Shown here piece by piece: positions 11,588 to 26,754 of a DNA stretch of 64,000 nt; the stretch's first letter is position 1, and each line of letters starts with the position of its first letter. A program made the position numbers and the translations under genes. Below the pieces are notes generated by a model. That model did no database searches, had not been told where the DNA came from, and worked only from the letters and a program-made list of their open reading frames with translations. This DNA is from Emiliania huxleyi CCMP1516 (lineage: Eukaryota), in the NCBI RefSeq assembly GCF_000372725.1, contig NW_005201551.1:156520-220519 (forward strand). Reading direction: 5' to 3'.

Positions 11588-13164
11588 CCGGGGGGGGGGA
11601 TCCGACCCCCGTCAGGGGGTGTCCGGCAAGGTAGGGGGGGGGTCCCGACCCCCCCAGAGGCTTCACCACATGCTAGGGGGGGGGTGGGGCGTGAGTAGAA
11701 GTGCGCCCCCCTCCCTGGAAGCGATGTCCGCCTGCTCTTCGACGACGTCGTCAACTGGCCGGTGGTCTTTCAGTGTGGTGAGGTGGGTTTCGTGACCGAG
11801 CGTCGATTGGCCTGTACGAGGGTTTCCGGCAACCCAGAGGGAAACCAGAGGGTCCCCAGCACTTTGCGTTTCCGGAGGTTTCCAGGGAAACCAGAGGGTG
11901 TTTGGTGCTCCATTCTGTTTCCTTGTCTGTCGTGTGAATCGTGCGTGTGCGAGAGCCTTTTGTTGTGAAATTCTGTTTCTCTCGAGTTTCCCTCGGGAAA
12001 CTCGCGAGTTTCCCTGAGTCTGAGAGCTGGTCTGGGGCAAAATCTGGGGCAAAATTGAGGAAATCGGCACGATACCCAGGTATTTTCCAGGTATACCGGG
12101 GTTTTCCAGGTATACCCGCAAAATACCCGGTATTTTGCCGATTTTGGCCCCAAAACAGCCTCAGACACGGCTCAGAGCCCCCCCAAAATGACAAATTCCA
12201 CGGAGTTTCCCCGGGGTTTCCCGAGGAAACTAGAGGGTGTTGTAGGGAAACAAGCAGGAAACACGGAAAGGAAACCAGGTAGGGTGCGAGAGGAAACCCT
12301 CGTACAGGCCAAAGCGTCGATGCCGCCTTACTTACCTGTTCCCCGCTGGCGCGACCCCGCGCCGGCCAGCGGAGCAATTGCCCGCTCAGTCACCACCCCC
12401 GCCGGCGCGACGCGATCCGATCGGCGCCGCCACCGACGGGGCCGCCGGCACGGAGTGCATTCTCCGTCGTTGCCGGTCGGGGTGTTGGTCGGGACATGGG
12501 CGACGCGACCTCTGCTCGGACCAAGAAAAATGAAAGCACGTGTGAAAAGTGAGAACGGAGTAGAGACGGTGCAGACGGTGCAGGCTCATTTCTGGAATCG
12601 TGTGTCCCCGAAGAAGCGGTCGAAAGCGCGTGTGAAATGTGAGAACCGAGTGGAGGCAGACGGATCAGAGACGTGCCGACAGCCTCCATCATCAGCCTCT
12701 GGAATGTCGCTCGCCCTGGACGCTGCGGAGCTCGCCAAGCTGCCCCCGCCGGAGGTCGACTCGGTCGAGAGCTCGCCCGTCGAGAGCTGCGACGAAGAGT
12801 ACGAGCGCTCCGCGGTCGCCGCGCTGATCGTGCTCAGCAGCCTCGCCGAGCAGCACGCGACCGCGCAGGGGGTGGTGCCGTGCCGCCGCACGCCGTCGAC
12901 GGAGTGGGAGTCGGCAGGCTCGCAGTCTGACTCGCCGCGCGTCGTTCGGCGCAAGCTGGGGGACGGTGCGGCCGCCTCTGCCCTCTGCAGCCGCGGCGAT
13001 GCGCAGACGCTCAAACACTCAAACCGCATCCAGCCGAGCCCTGCGCTGGTTCGGCGCCGCGCACGCGCACCGGCGGCCCGACGGCGTTCCCGCCCACGTC
13101 GCAGGCGGCTTCGCCCCCGGCGCACGCTTCCAGTGCCGGTATGGTACCGGCTCGATTTGTCCAG

Positions 13165-13227
<63 letters not shown>

Positions 13228-13228
13228 C

Positions 13229-13886
13229 NNNNNNNNNNNNNNNNNNNNNNNNNNNNNNNNNNNNNNNNNNNNNNNNNNNNNNNNNNNNNNNNNNNNNNNN
13301 NNNNNNNNNNNNNNNNNNNNNNNNNNNNNNNNNNNNNNNNNNNNNNNNNNNNNNNNNNNNNNNNNNNNNNNNNNNNNNNNNNNNNNNNNNNNNNNNNNNN
13401 NNNNNNNNNNNNNNNNNNNNNNNNNNNNNNNNNNNNNNNNNNNNNNNNNNNNNNNNNNNNNNNNNNNNNNNNNNNNNNNNNNNNNNNNNNNNNNNNNNNN
13501 NNNNNNNNNNNNNNNNNNNNNNNNNNNNNNNNNNNNNNNNNNNNNNNNNNNNNNNNNNNNNNNNNNNNNNNNNNNNNNNNNNNNNNNNNNNNNNNNNNNN
13601 NNNNNNNNNNNNNNNNNNNNNNNNNNNNNNNNNNNNNNNNNNNNNNNNNNNNNNNNNNNNNNNNNNNNNNNNNNNNNNNNNNNNNNNNNNNNNNNNNNNN
13701 NNNNNNNNNNNNNNNNNNNNNNNNNNNNNNNNNNNNNNNNNNNNNNNNNNNNNNNNNNNNNNNNNNNNNNNNNNNNNNNNNNNNNNNNNNNNNNNNNNNN
13801 NNNNNNNNNNNNNNNNNNNNNNNNNNNNNNNNNNNNNNNNNNNNNNNNNNNNNNNNNNNNNNNNNNNNNNNNNNNNNNNNNNNNNN
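13229..13886. other. Assembly gap (N run) preceded by a poly-T tract
   Basis: Run of N. Confidence 1.
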
Positions 13887-14158
13887 GGGGGGGGGGGGGG
13901 GCGCCCGTCCTGCGGCCGCATGCTGATCCCCATGCGACTACGCCCATGGGCATGTTTGGTCTGGGTTTGCGTTGCGCGCGCACTAGTCCAGGCGCGCGGC
14001 GTCCCGCATGGATTTGCACGTATGTATTGAGACGGAGTCTTACGCCTTAAGGCGGGCGGGCTTGCCGCGACACGCGTCGCGTGGAAAAGAGAAATGACTG
14101 GTGCCTTAGCGCGGCCGCGTAGCCGACCGACCCTCCCATCGGACGGTCTTGGAGCGCC

Positions 14159-17529
<3,371 letters not shown>

Positions 17530-17629
17530 NNNNNNNNNNNNNNNNNNNNNNNNNNNNNNNNNNNNNNNNNNNNNNNNNNNNNNNNNNNNNNNNNNNNNNN
17601 NNNNNNNNNNNNNNNNNNNNNNNNNNNNN
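17530..17629. other. Assembly gap (N run)
   Basis: Run of N. Confidence 1.
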
Positions 17630-18893
17630 GAGAAGGTCAGGTGAACTTCTCCACACACACAGAAGGTGTGGTGGGGCAGGGCCAGGCTAGTCCCTCGCGT
17701 CTCCACGTCTAGACGACACAGCGGGCTCCTCGCCGCCAAACTAGCTGTGAACAGCGTCTCTACACACCTCTAGCTGTGAACAAGTGTGCCGCACCTTCTC
17801 GCCGCCAAACTAGCTGTGAACAGCGTCTCTTCACACCTCTAGCTGTGAACAGGTGTGCCGCACCTCCTCGCCGCCAAACTAGCTGTGAACAGCGTCTCTT
17901 CACACACCTAGCTGTGAACAGGTGTGCCGCACCTCCTCGCCGCCAAAGACCCACGAGAGGAACTGGGCGCCTAGATCTCGCGTCATCTCGCGTCATCTCG
18001 CGTCATCTCGCGTCATCTCGCGTCATCTCGTCCGCGAATCGCAGAGAGGGACTGCGCGCAGTAGACGCCCGTCTCGGCGAGGGCGGAGCAGGAGCCGGCG
18101 CCTAACCTCGGGGATACTCTCGGGTATCATCTCGGGTCTAGTCTCGGCGAGGGCGGAGCAGGAGCCGGCGCCGTCGTTCTGGCAAAAGGAGACGTGGGCA
18201 GACGTCACGTCTCCGATGGCGCCTGACGACGGGGCTCGGAGGAGTCTCGGAGGTGTGTCGGAGGAGTCTCGGAGGAGTGTCGGAGGTGTCTCGGAGGTGT
18301 GTCGGAGGTGTGTCGGAGTTGTGTCGGAGGTGTGTCGGAGGTGTCTCGGAGGAGTGTCGGAGGAGTGTGTCGGAGGTGTGTCGGAGGTATGTCGGAATTG
18401 GCTCGGGAGCGTCTAGGAGGGCGCCGGAGGAGAGCAGCTCGCGCAGCGCCCGCATCGCCGGGAAGAAGCGGCTCCACACGCCGTGCAGGAAGAAGAGCCC
18501 GCGCTCCCGCGCGAGCGCGAGCACCTCCGCCGCCTCTGCCGCCGTCGGCGCCATGCTCTTCTCGCAGAGAACCGCCTTGCCCGCACGCAGGCAGAGCAGC
18601 GAGTCGGAGACGTGGCGCGTCGACGGCGTCGCGACGTACACCACGTCGACGGCGGGGTCGGCAACCAGCGCCTCGTACGAGCCGTGCGCACACGCGCCCA
18701 CTAGCCCGAGCTCCGCCGCAAACGCCGCCGCGCGATCCCCGCTCCGCGAGCCAACGGCGACGACTTCGGCGTCGCCTCGCATGGAGGTGAGGACGCGGCC
18801 AAAGTCGGAGGCGATGCTGCCCGTGCCGAGAATGCCCCAGCGGACCGGACGCCGCTCCTCTGCCACAACAGACACGAGAAAGAGCGCGAACAT
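17630..18893 (-). CDS. Gfo/Idh/MocA family oxidoreductase (dihydrodiol dehydrogenase-like), multi-exon, 3' end lost in a gap
   Basis: 'VRWGILGTGSIA', 'HGSYEALVADPAVDVVYVATP', 'GKAVLCEK' and 'WSRFFPA'. Introns at 18223-18424 and 18102-18171. Confidence 0.88.
17731..17947. repeat. Tandem repeat, 69-bp period, about 3 units, intronic
   Basis: 'cgccgccaaa' recurs at 17731, 17800, 17869 and 17938. Confidence 0.92.
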
Positions 18894-18999
18894 GGACAGT
18901 CCGATTAATAAAATGAACTCGAGGGCACGGGACGCGGCACAAACGGGGCACAAACGCCAGGCTACAAAGACGGGGAGGCACGTAGTGACGCAGGGGAGT

Positions 19000-19300
19000 C
19001 TAGGCGACGGCGGCGTCCTCCGACGCCGCGGCGAGCCTGAGCTCGGTCGCAATCTCTTCCGCCGCCGCGAGCTGCAGCGCGACTGACATGCGCTGGGCCT
19101 GCAGCGACAGCCACGACCGCGTCGACCAGCTCGCCTCGTCCTCGTGCTGCCGCTTCGAGAGCTTGTTGCGCACCTTGTCCTTCATCTGGTAGAACAGCCG
19201 TTTGACCGCGTTGCACCACCCGCCGAAGGTTTCGAACAGGTACATCTGCACGTCGGTGTCCGAGCGCGAGAGGGCGTGCGCGTAGTCCGCCTTCTTGGAC
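19000..19300 (-). mobile_element. 3' fragment of an RLE-type non-LTR retrotransposon
   Basis: 'KKADY...MYLFETFGGW...SWLSLQAQRMSVALQ' matches the C-terminal half of restriction-like endonucleases of CRE/R2-type elements. Confidence 0.7.
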
Positions 19301-19345
19301 AGTCCGAAAAACGAATTTACGCAGTTTGATGGAAAAAGAGGGGGA

Positions 19346-19560
19346 TGAAGGTTGCAGCGAGAAGCGGCGAGAGACTGCGAAAAGAGATACGAAGAGGCAG
19401 ACTCCCCAGGGTGGGCGACGGCTAGCGCATCACACTCTCCTCTCCTTAAAATCCCTGTGTGGTGGCGGCGTGGTGCCGTTCTCCCATCCCTCCCTTGGGT
19501 TGTGTGTTTTCTTTCTTTCTTTTTACGTCCCTTGGGTTGTCTGTTTTCTTTCTTTCTTTC
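19346..19560 (+). mobile_element. Family C LINE-like element, short 5'-truncated copy with a duplicated (TTTC)n tail
   Basis: Near-identical to 51797-51970. The ORF ends ...RLPRVGDG*. Confidence 0.8.
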
Positions 19561-20301
19561 TGCACGCCCGGCGAGGTGGCGGGGGCGAGGTAGCGGGCGG
19601 CCACTAGGCCCGGAGCCAGCGCACTGCCACCGCGTCCCGCAGCGTGACATCCACCAGGTTCTTGTATTCCAGTGCGATCTTGTTTTCCCAGCTGGACGTT
19701 CGCCCTTGGGTATGCACCAGCAGGCGATCGCTCATGACCTCCCACGGGGCCCACCCCTTGGCGTGGTACATGTCAACCCATCTCACTAGGCCCAGCCCGA
19801 CAAGCCCCCTCGAGAAGACGACTCCCGGCCGCTCCCACACCACGCACCCCCCCCCGTCATCGGGTGCTCTCCATAGACGCCGATCCAGCGGCCAGCCGAC
19901 TTGTGTGTACTTGTTACGTGAAAACCCGCTGGGACCCGGACGCCAGCAGCCCAAGCGATGGGGGACAAGCACAGACTAGCCGTCGTCCACGTCGTCCCTC
20001 GGGTCCCTGCTGCTCCTGATCTGTTCGTGATTTGGATACTTGTCGCCACGTCTCCGGACCATATCTTTTTCGTGGTGCGCCTGTGTCCCTTGGTATTGCT
20101 AAAAATATATCCCGACCGCCACTATCGGAAAAGCACACTGGCACGGCCCGCCGCCTGCCGCCCGTGATGCGGGTTATTAGAGAAACAGAACACCCAGAGA
20201 GCGCGCGCACGCACACAAACAAAACGAAAGGATGACGGGCCAATGGCCAATAAATAAGAAGTCCGTAAGGCCTCCAAAATTCTTTAACTTCAGGCGCCGT
20301 A

Positions 20302-22224
20302 ATGTCGTCTTCTCCAGAGGCGTACAACACATACATGTCCCTCGGGGCGAGGAGCACCGCTGGCGTGATGAGCCGGCGCGCCGAGTACGGACGCGAAGAG
20401 CGGCGATGGCGGGGCGAGTCGCGACGGCGGTCGCGATCGCGTGAGCCGCGGGGCGACGAGCGTTGGCAAGGTGAGCAATGGCCGCACCATGACGGGCGGC
20501 AACACGAGCGGCGCGGCTACAACGACGCTTGGTGCGGAGGTCGCGAGCAGCGATGGCACGATGAGTCACAATGGCCCGATGAGCGCGAGCAACGGCCGCA
20601 TCATGACGGGCGGCATGACGAGCGACGCGGCTACGATGAACGTCGGTGCAGAGGCGAGCGCGAGCGCGGCTGGCACGATCGGCGCGATCACGATCCCAGG
20701 CGCGACCGACGCGGCGAGGGGCAGCCTCGGCACAGCGATGGCCGGGTGGGACCGCCCATGCACGGAGTGCAAGGACGCGACGAGCAGCAGAGCCGTCGCG
20801 ACGCACATGAGCGCCCCTCGTCTAGCGGCTCTGCTGCCGGTCAGCTCAACGCTAAGCAGCTCAGCAGCCACATCTCAAATGCTGGCAGCGCTGACGCATT
20901 GCTCGCGCTCTTTTCTGCCCACAGCGCGAACTTGAACCACATCCACGCTGCGAACCTGTGGAACAAACTGGGCAAGCAGCGCATCGAGCGGTGGCACGAG
21001 GAGCGGCTTGAGCAGCTGGTGCAGCGCACGCTTGACCTCGTCGCGTCATGCGAAGCACGCAATCTGGCGAACATCGCCCACGGCGTGGCAAAGTGCGGCC
21101 TGCAAGTAGGGGTTGTGCGTTCGCTGTACACGGCGGTGGCGGAGGCGGCGGTGCGCGGGGGGCTGGCTGGCTTCGACCCTCAGGCCCTAGCCAACACGGT
21201 GTGGGCGTATGCGACGGCGGGCGTGGCTGCAGACGCGCTGTACGAGGCGGTGGCGGAGGCGGCGGTGCGCAGCGGGCTGGCTGGCTTCATGCCTCAGAAC
21301 GTGGTCAACACGGTGTGGGCGTATGCGACGGCGGGCGTGGCTGCGGACGCGCTGTACGCGGCGGTGGCGGAGGTGGCGGTGCGCGGCGGGCTGGCTGGCT
21401 TCAAGCCTCAGGACCTGGCCAACACGGTGTGGGCGTATGCGACGGCGGGCGTGGCTGCAGACGCGCTGTACGCGGCGGTGGCGGAGGCGGCGGTGCGCGG
21501 CGGGCTGGCTGGCTTCAAGCCTCAGAACCTGGCCAACACGATGTGGGCGTATGCGACGGCGGGCGTGGCTACGGACGCGCTGTACGCGGCGGTGGCGGAG
21601 GTGGCGGTGCGCGGCGGGCTGGCCGGCTTTACGCCTCAGAACCTGGCGAGCACAGTGTGGGCGTATGCGACGGCGGGCCATTACCACCAGGCATTGCTTG
21701 CCGAGTGCTCGCGCGTGATCAGCGACTCGCTCGCGCGGGATCCGTCGAGGTGGAGCGAGGAGGACCGCCGTCAGCTGCACCAGTGGCAGCTCTGGCTCTC
21801 CCTTGAGCGAGGAGCAGACGGGCAGCAGCACCTCCTCTCCGATTCACAGCGCCAGCTCTGTCGCGACGCCATGCAACACACGCAAGTGACGATATCGCGC
21901 TTGCAGCGCTCGGTTGCAGCTGCCCTCGCCTCCGTCCAGTCTGGCTTCGAGGAGGAGTATCTCGAGCCGCGCACCGGCTACTCGCTCGACCTGGCGCTGC
22001 CCTCGTCACGCGTCGCGGTCGAGGTGGATGGCCCCTCTCACTTCCTGCTGCCCGACGGCCGGGGCGTACGCAAACCCAATGGGCCAACGCTGCTCAAGCG
22101 GCGCCTCCTCACGGCGGCTGGCTGGAGGGTGATCAGCGTTCCATTCTACGAGTGGAACGGCTTTGCGACAGCCAATGGGCAGCAGACCTATCTGGAGAGG
22201 GCGGTCGCTCCGCTCTTGGGCTAG
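20302..22224 (+). CDS. Intronless OPR-like 38-aa repeat protein with C-terminal RAP domain
   Basis: Five near-identical 38-aa (114-bp) units 'GLAGFxPQxLANTVWAYATAG...'. RAP motif 'GYSLDLA...VAVEVDGPSHF...KRRLLTAAGWRVISVPFYEW'. The true start may be downstream. Confidence 0.9.
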   Translation: MSSSPEAYNTYMSLGARSTAGVMSRRAEYGREERRWRGESRRRSRSREPRGDERWQGEQWPHHDGRQHERRGYNDAWCGGREQRWHDESQWPDEREQRPHHDGRHDERRGYDERRCRGERERGWHDRRDHDPRRDRRGEGQPRHSDGRVGPPMHGVQGRDEQQSRRDAHERPSSSGSAAGQLNAKQLSSHISNAGSADALLALFSAHSANLNHIHAANLWNKLGKQRIERWHEERLEQLVQRTLDLVASCEARNLANIAHGVAKCGLQVGVVRSLYTAVAEAAVRGGLAGFDPQALANTVWAYATAGVAADALYEAVAEAAVRSGLAGFMPQNVVNTVWAYATAGVAADALYAAVAEVAVRGGLAGFKPQDLANTVWAYATAGVAADALYAAVAEAAVRGGLAGFKPQNLANTMWAYATAGVATDALYAAVAEVAVRGGLAGFTPQNLASTVWAYATAGHYHQALLAECSRVISDSLARDPSRWSEEDRRQLHQWQLWLSLERGADGQQHLLSDSQRQLCRDAMQHTQVTISRLQRSVAAALASVQSGFEEEYLEPRTGYSLDLALPSSRVAVEVDGPSHFLLPDGRGVRKPNGPTLLKRRLLTAAGWRVISVPFYEWNGFATANGQQTYLERAVAPLLG

Positions 22225-22960
22225 TACTGTGCACACTGGCTCCCGTAGGGCGGCTCCCGTGGTGTGCCTGTGTTAGTCGAGGTCCTCCGTGTTCCTTTTA
22301 CCCATGTGTTAAATCCTTTTACCCGTGGTGTACCTTTATCCCCGTCCGCTCGTGCCTGCGAGCTGTGACCTGTGTCAGTGGCGCGGCTGGGTGCAGCGGC
22401 CGCGACAAGATGATGAGCCCCGGCGGCGCGGCACTCGAGGGGTGCCCTCTGCAGTGCAGTGCGCTTCAGAACGCGCAGGAGGGTAGAATCCTCCTCGAAC
22501 TTTTTCCAAAAGCGGCGGTCCGCGTCGGCCGTGCCGCCGAGCTGGTCGCCGGCTCGGCGAGACATGCTATGCACGCCCGCGCGCGTGGCGGTTGGTGTTG
22601 GGTCTGTTAGGTCCGCGACGAGCTCCGCTGACAGCACCAGTTCCTTCACCTCCTCCCACCGCCGCAGCCACCGCCCGCCGCCCAGAGCCCACAGGAAACG
22701 GTAAGCGCCGAGCCATCGAGGGCGTACCAACTTGCTCACCCAGCCTATCACTATATCCAAACCCGCCCCGCCTCCCGATTTCGCTGTGCCGTCTTTCCGA
22801 GCCGAGCCGTCCTCCGCCACGCCTCGTCAATCCATCCGCCGATATCGCCGACCCGCACCTTATCAATCAACCCATCAATCACCCTATGCCAAGCCTAGAT
22901 AATGCATACGAAGGACGACCAAACGACTGGGACACTAACGCGATGGGTGTGAGTGTGTTC

Positions 22961-23061
22961 TCGAGGTTCTCGAGGTGGATATCCTTTGGCCGCGTTGGGT
23001 AGCGAGGATTGGTGTGACGCGATCCACGCAGGCGTGGTTTCTGGCGGCCGACCGTCAGTGT
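22961..23061 (-). mobile_element. Repeat family B, about 100-bp copy
   Basis: Matches 9696-9796 and 61620-61720. Confidence 0.8.
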
Positions 23062-23659
23062 GTGTACTCTGCTGGAGGAATGGTTGGGCAGGTTACTCAG
23101 GGCACGATCCCGGCGTGAACACGACTAACTGACGGATCCGCTCCTGACAGTCGCACGCGCCGCGCTGCGGGGCGTACGACTGTCTTTGTTTGAAGTAAAA
23201 AGTCGAATCAGAGCGGTGTCGGCGCTGCCCTGAGTTTTCCTCCCACGGACCGCCCGTCCGGGACCGCTCCGGGACGCACGCCGGCGAAGCACCATCAAGC
23301 TGCTGTACGGCCCCGGCATCGCCTCCCCTGGCTTAGCTAGACTGGGAGATATTGTGCACATGTTGATCTCTACAATATATACACTGACACACTTTACCTC
23401 CCAGAGCTCGTCCCGGTCCGCCACGGCCATCCTCGGCCTCCGAAGGGCCCCCGGCCGCGGGCCCGCGGCGCGGTGCGGCGGCGTCACAAATCCGACGGCA
23501 GAGCACCGGGACGCGGTCGGGCGATCTGAGGTCCGACTAGGCGTATGGATTGCCCACCCAGGGCTATCACCTGGACCCATCAACAGGCGCCTGCGGCGCC
23601 GTGGTCAGGAGGTGTTGTTCACACCTGCCCAACCATTCGTGCAGCACAGTCAGTATGTG

Positions 23660-24047
23660 TGTATGGGTGGACGCAAGACGGGCGGGGTGACGGTCACACA
23701 GGAGCGACACACAGAACCACAAGACATGTCTAAACAAATAAATAGAGCAGACATCTCCTGGAGAGATGGGTGACGCACAAACCCGAGGGACAGCGCGCAC
23801 CCCGCTGCACTTGGAGCACTTGGAGTGCAGTTGGCAGCCTCACATCCAGGGCCGGGGAGCTAAGAAGCGCACCCAGCGGGCCGGATGATCGGGATCGGGT
23901 TGCGGGCAAGAGAGCCCTGGTAGGTAGAAAGGTGAAGAACAGCCAGGCTCGGACTGGACACCAACGCGGTATGGGTGGACGCAGGACGGATGATGACGAC
24001 ACGCACGAACGACACACAGACACAAACAAGCTCACAAGACACACAGA
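23660..24047 (-). repeat. Two fragments of family D (LINE-like 3'UTR variants)
   Basis: 23660-23726 matches about 35694-35757; 23919-24047 matches 27210-27336. Confidence 0.75.
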
Positions 24048-24911
24048 GCCCTAGACCGCCATTTTTCTTCTTTTTTTGAGAGCGCCTTCGTTGTTAATAG
24101 TACAAACCCAATGGTCCTCTGCGAGCGGTCCTTCGTTGCAGACGCACACACGCACACGCCGCGCCGCACCGCGCGCCCGCCCACCGCCCCGCCCAGGCGG
24201 GAAAGAGGTGGGGAGATGGGACAGCGAAGGAGGAGCACGAGCACGTATGGGAGGGTTCAGTAATGCGCCACGCTGCCCGGCGTTTCTCACTTTCCGGGAC
24301 AGCCCCGCCCTTGTGAGGCAGGAAAGTGACGGCTACCCCGTACGCCCTGCAGCTTGCTACCCCGACGCCGACCGCCCATTCTCCCCTCCTCGTTCCCGCC
24401 TCGAACTCTCCGGACCCCGACAAGCCGCCCGACGTTGGGCCTCTGCCCCGCACGCTCCCGCCCCTCTGCCCCTCACACACACCCAGGCCCGACATGCACA
24501 TACAAGACAAACCCGGCGTCCTGCTCTCAAAAGAAAAGAAAAAATGGGAAGGAGGAGACCAGCGGGGGAGACTCCCCGCCTATGCAACACCCCAGAGAGG
24601 GGCTGCCATCGCCGAAGCTGTGCCTAAGCATAACTCCCAAACCCGCAGCGGCCCGGGGGGCCTTGGGGGCAGCCTGCCGGACCGCTGTTGCACGGGGCCA
24701 AGCACCGGAAGATGAGTGGAATTGATGGATTGGGCTGTTGTCCGTGCCTCCCCTCTATACGTCAGAGTGAGACCTACGCCGCGCCGGGTAAGGAGCGCGC
24801 CCGGTCCTCGACGGAGCCGCGCGCCCCAAACGACCCAGGCGGCGAGTAGTCGTCCTCGAACCTTCGACTTGTAGTCGCCCGTGGTTAGCGCCCCTCCTCC
24901 CTCGCCCGTCC

Positions 24912-25545
24912 CTACTCGTACTGCTCTCGAGGCGCCCGCGGCATCTCGCCGCCCATCTTTGGCCACGCGTTGTAGTCGAAGATGGCGGCGTTGCGCCTCG
25001 CGACGATGGCCGAGTGCACTTGCAGGAAGCGCTTGCGCTCGCTACTGACCCGCCATCGTTCGCTGTCGGAGGACGCCTTAGCGGCCTTGATGTCGAAGTT
25101 GGTGTTGAACCACGTCGCCGCCTCGTGCCCGATGCCGCCGCGCGTGCTCGCCGCCCACGTCATAAAGTCGCAGTTTTTGGCGTCGCACGCCGCTGCCTTG
25201 GCCTTCCGCTTCGTCTCCTCGGCGTAGTCGGTGGCTAGGCGCTTGCCGCTCGCCAGCGGGCGCAGCTTGTCATGGTGCACCGCGGTGACGCACGTGCCGT
25301 CGTACACCACGGCGCGTGCCGACTCTGCATAGTTGCCGAAGACGCCGTCGCCCCGCTGGTACGGGTTGGTGTCCGGATCGTGCGCCCGCGTCGGGTCCCT
25401 GCAGCCGAGCCTCACTTCCATGACCTTTGCCGAGGCGCCGAAGGCGCGTGCGACGTTCGTGACGTGAGTGTTGAGGGATGCGTGCCCCGTGGCCAACCAG
25501 CCGCCGTAGTTGCATCCGTCCCAGTGCGTGCCGCTGCGGGAATCG
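24912..25545 (-). mobile_element. 5'-truncated CRE-like non-LTR retrotransposon: Zn-knuckle remnant + restriction-like endonuclease
   Basis: 'SGTHWDGC...GHASLN', 'QRGDGVF...VVYDGTCV', 'AEETKRKAK...FMTWAASTRGGIG' follow the PD-(D/E)xK RLE layout. Confidence 0.7.
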
Positions 25546-26754
25546 TGTGTCCCCCGAGTAGTTAGGCCTGTGTCCTACCCAAAGCATGAAAGAGTTTGGG
25601 ACAGCTGTGCACGGCGGCTGATGGCAAGCGCCGCCTTTGACCACGCAGAGCCGCCGCCTTTGACAACGAAGCCCGCCAATGCAGTCGCTCGTCGTCGAGT
25701 TCTCGCGGCGCGTGCGCGAGCCAGCACAAAATATGAGGGCGAGTGCAGGGGCCAGCCGCGCCACGCGCGGCCACGTGCACCTCCCAAGCCAACCGCCGCC
25801 TCCGCAGCACGACGGTGAGGCGAGCCTCGCAAACGACGCCGAGGGGGCAAAGGTAGCTCTCGCCGGGTGTGCCTCAGCGGCCGCGGGCGAGCAGGGCATG
25901 TGCGCGCCACGCGCCGCCGCTCGAGCCGGATCGTACGAGTCTCCCTCCCGCGGCTCGTTGCAGGAGAGCGGGTCGATCCGATGATGCTTGGTGAAGATGC
26001 TCGGTTGGCTCTCGCCAAATGTTTGTCCGACTCGACGTACGGCCCCGGGCGTCGGGCCGTGGCGGCGACGGCAGGCGTGCTCCAGCGCCGCCTCGTGCGC
26101 ACGCCCGCGCAGCGGCGGCGCCTCTGCACCACCCGAGTCGCCGCCCGGCCGAGCGAGGAGCAGAGAGATGACGAGTGACATGCTGATTCGGCAATCAAGA
26201 ATTTTTTTTCTTTTTTTGAGAGCCTTCGAGAAATGTCAAGCACTCCCTTTGCTGCCACTCATAAAATCGTTGGGTCGCTTCAGTTCACGAAGCGTGGGCC
26301 GACCCTCCGATTTTATGAGAAGAGAACAAAGGGAGTGAATATCAAGGCTATGTGTGAGACAGTGAGTATTCTTGCGAGGCACGATGCCGTCCGGCGCCTG
26401 GACACGCAGCAACTTCCCACCACGGAGGTTGGTGTGAGCGCGGGGGACGAGTGGGGGCGGGGGCTGCCAACGGAGAGGGCAGGCACGGCTCGGAGTCGGT
26501 GGACACGCGGGGAGGTCGCTGTTTTTTGCTGCCGCGGCCGCGCCGCGACCTCGCGTTTGTTTTGTTTGTTTTGTTTTGGCGCGGATGCAGCTGGCGCCGC
26601 CCCGCCGCCGCGGCGTCGGCGCCGCGATCTCCAGCAGCGAGCGGTGCAGGGCGGCTACCGACATGACAGTTGGCCACGGCGTCTGTTAAGCCCGGGCCCC
26701 GAAATCTCACAGTGGGGTGGTTCACAGCGATGTTTTTTCGGCGCGAAAACTTCG

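Noticed and set aside
12500..13140. Possible hypothetical gene before the poly-T and gap
   Set aside because: No recognisable motif and truncated by the gap; insufficient support.
17731..17947. Second CRISPR-like array with a palindromic unit
   Set aside because: Both the repeat and the supposed spacer are repeated; it is an intronic tandem duplication.
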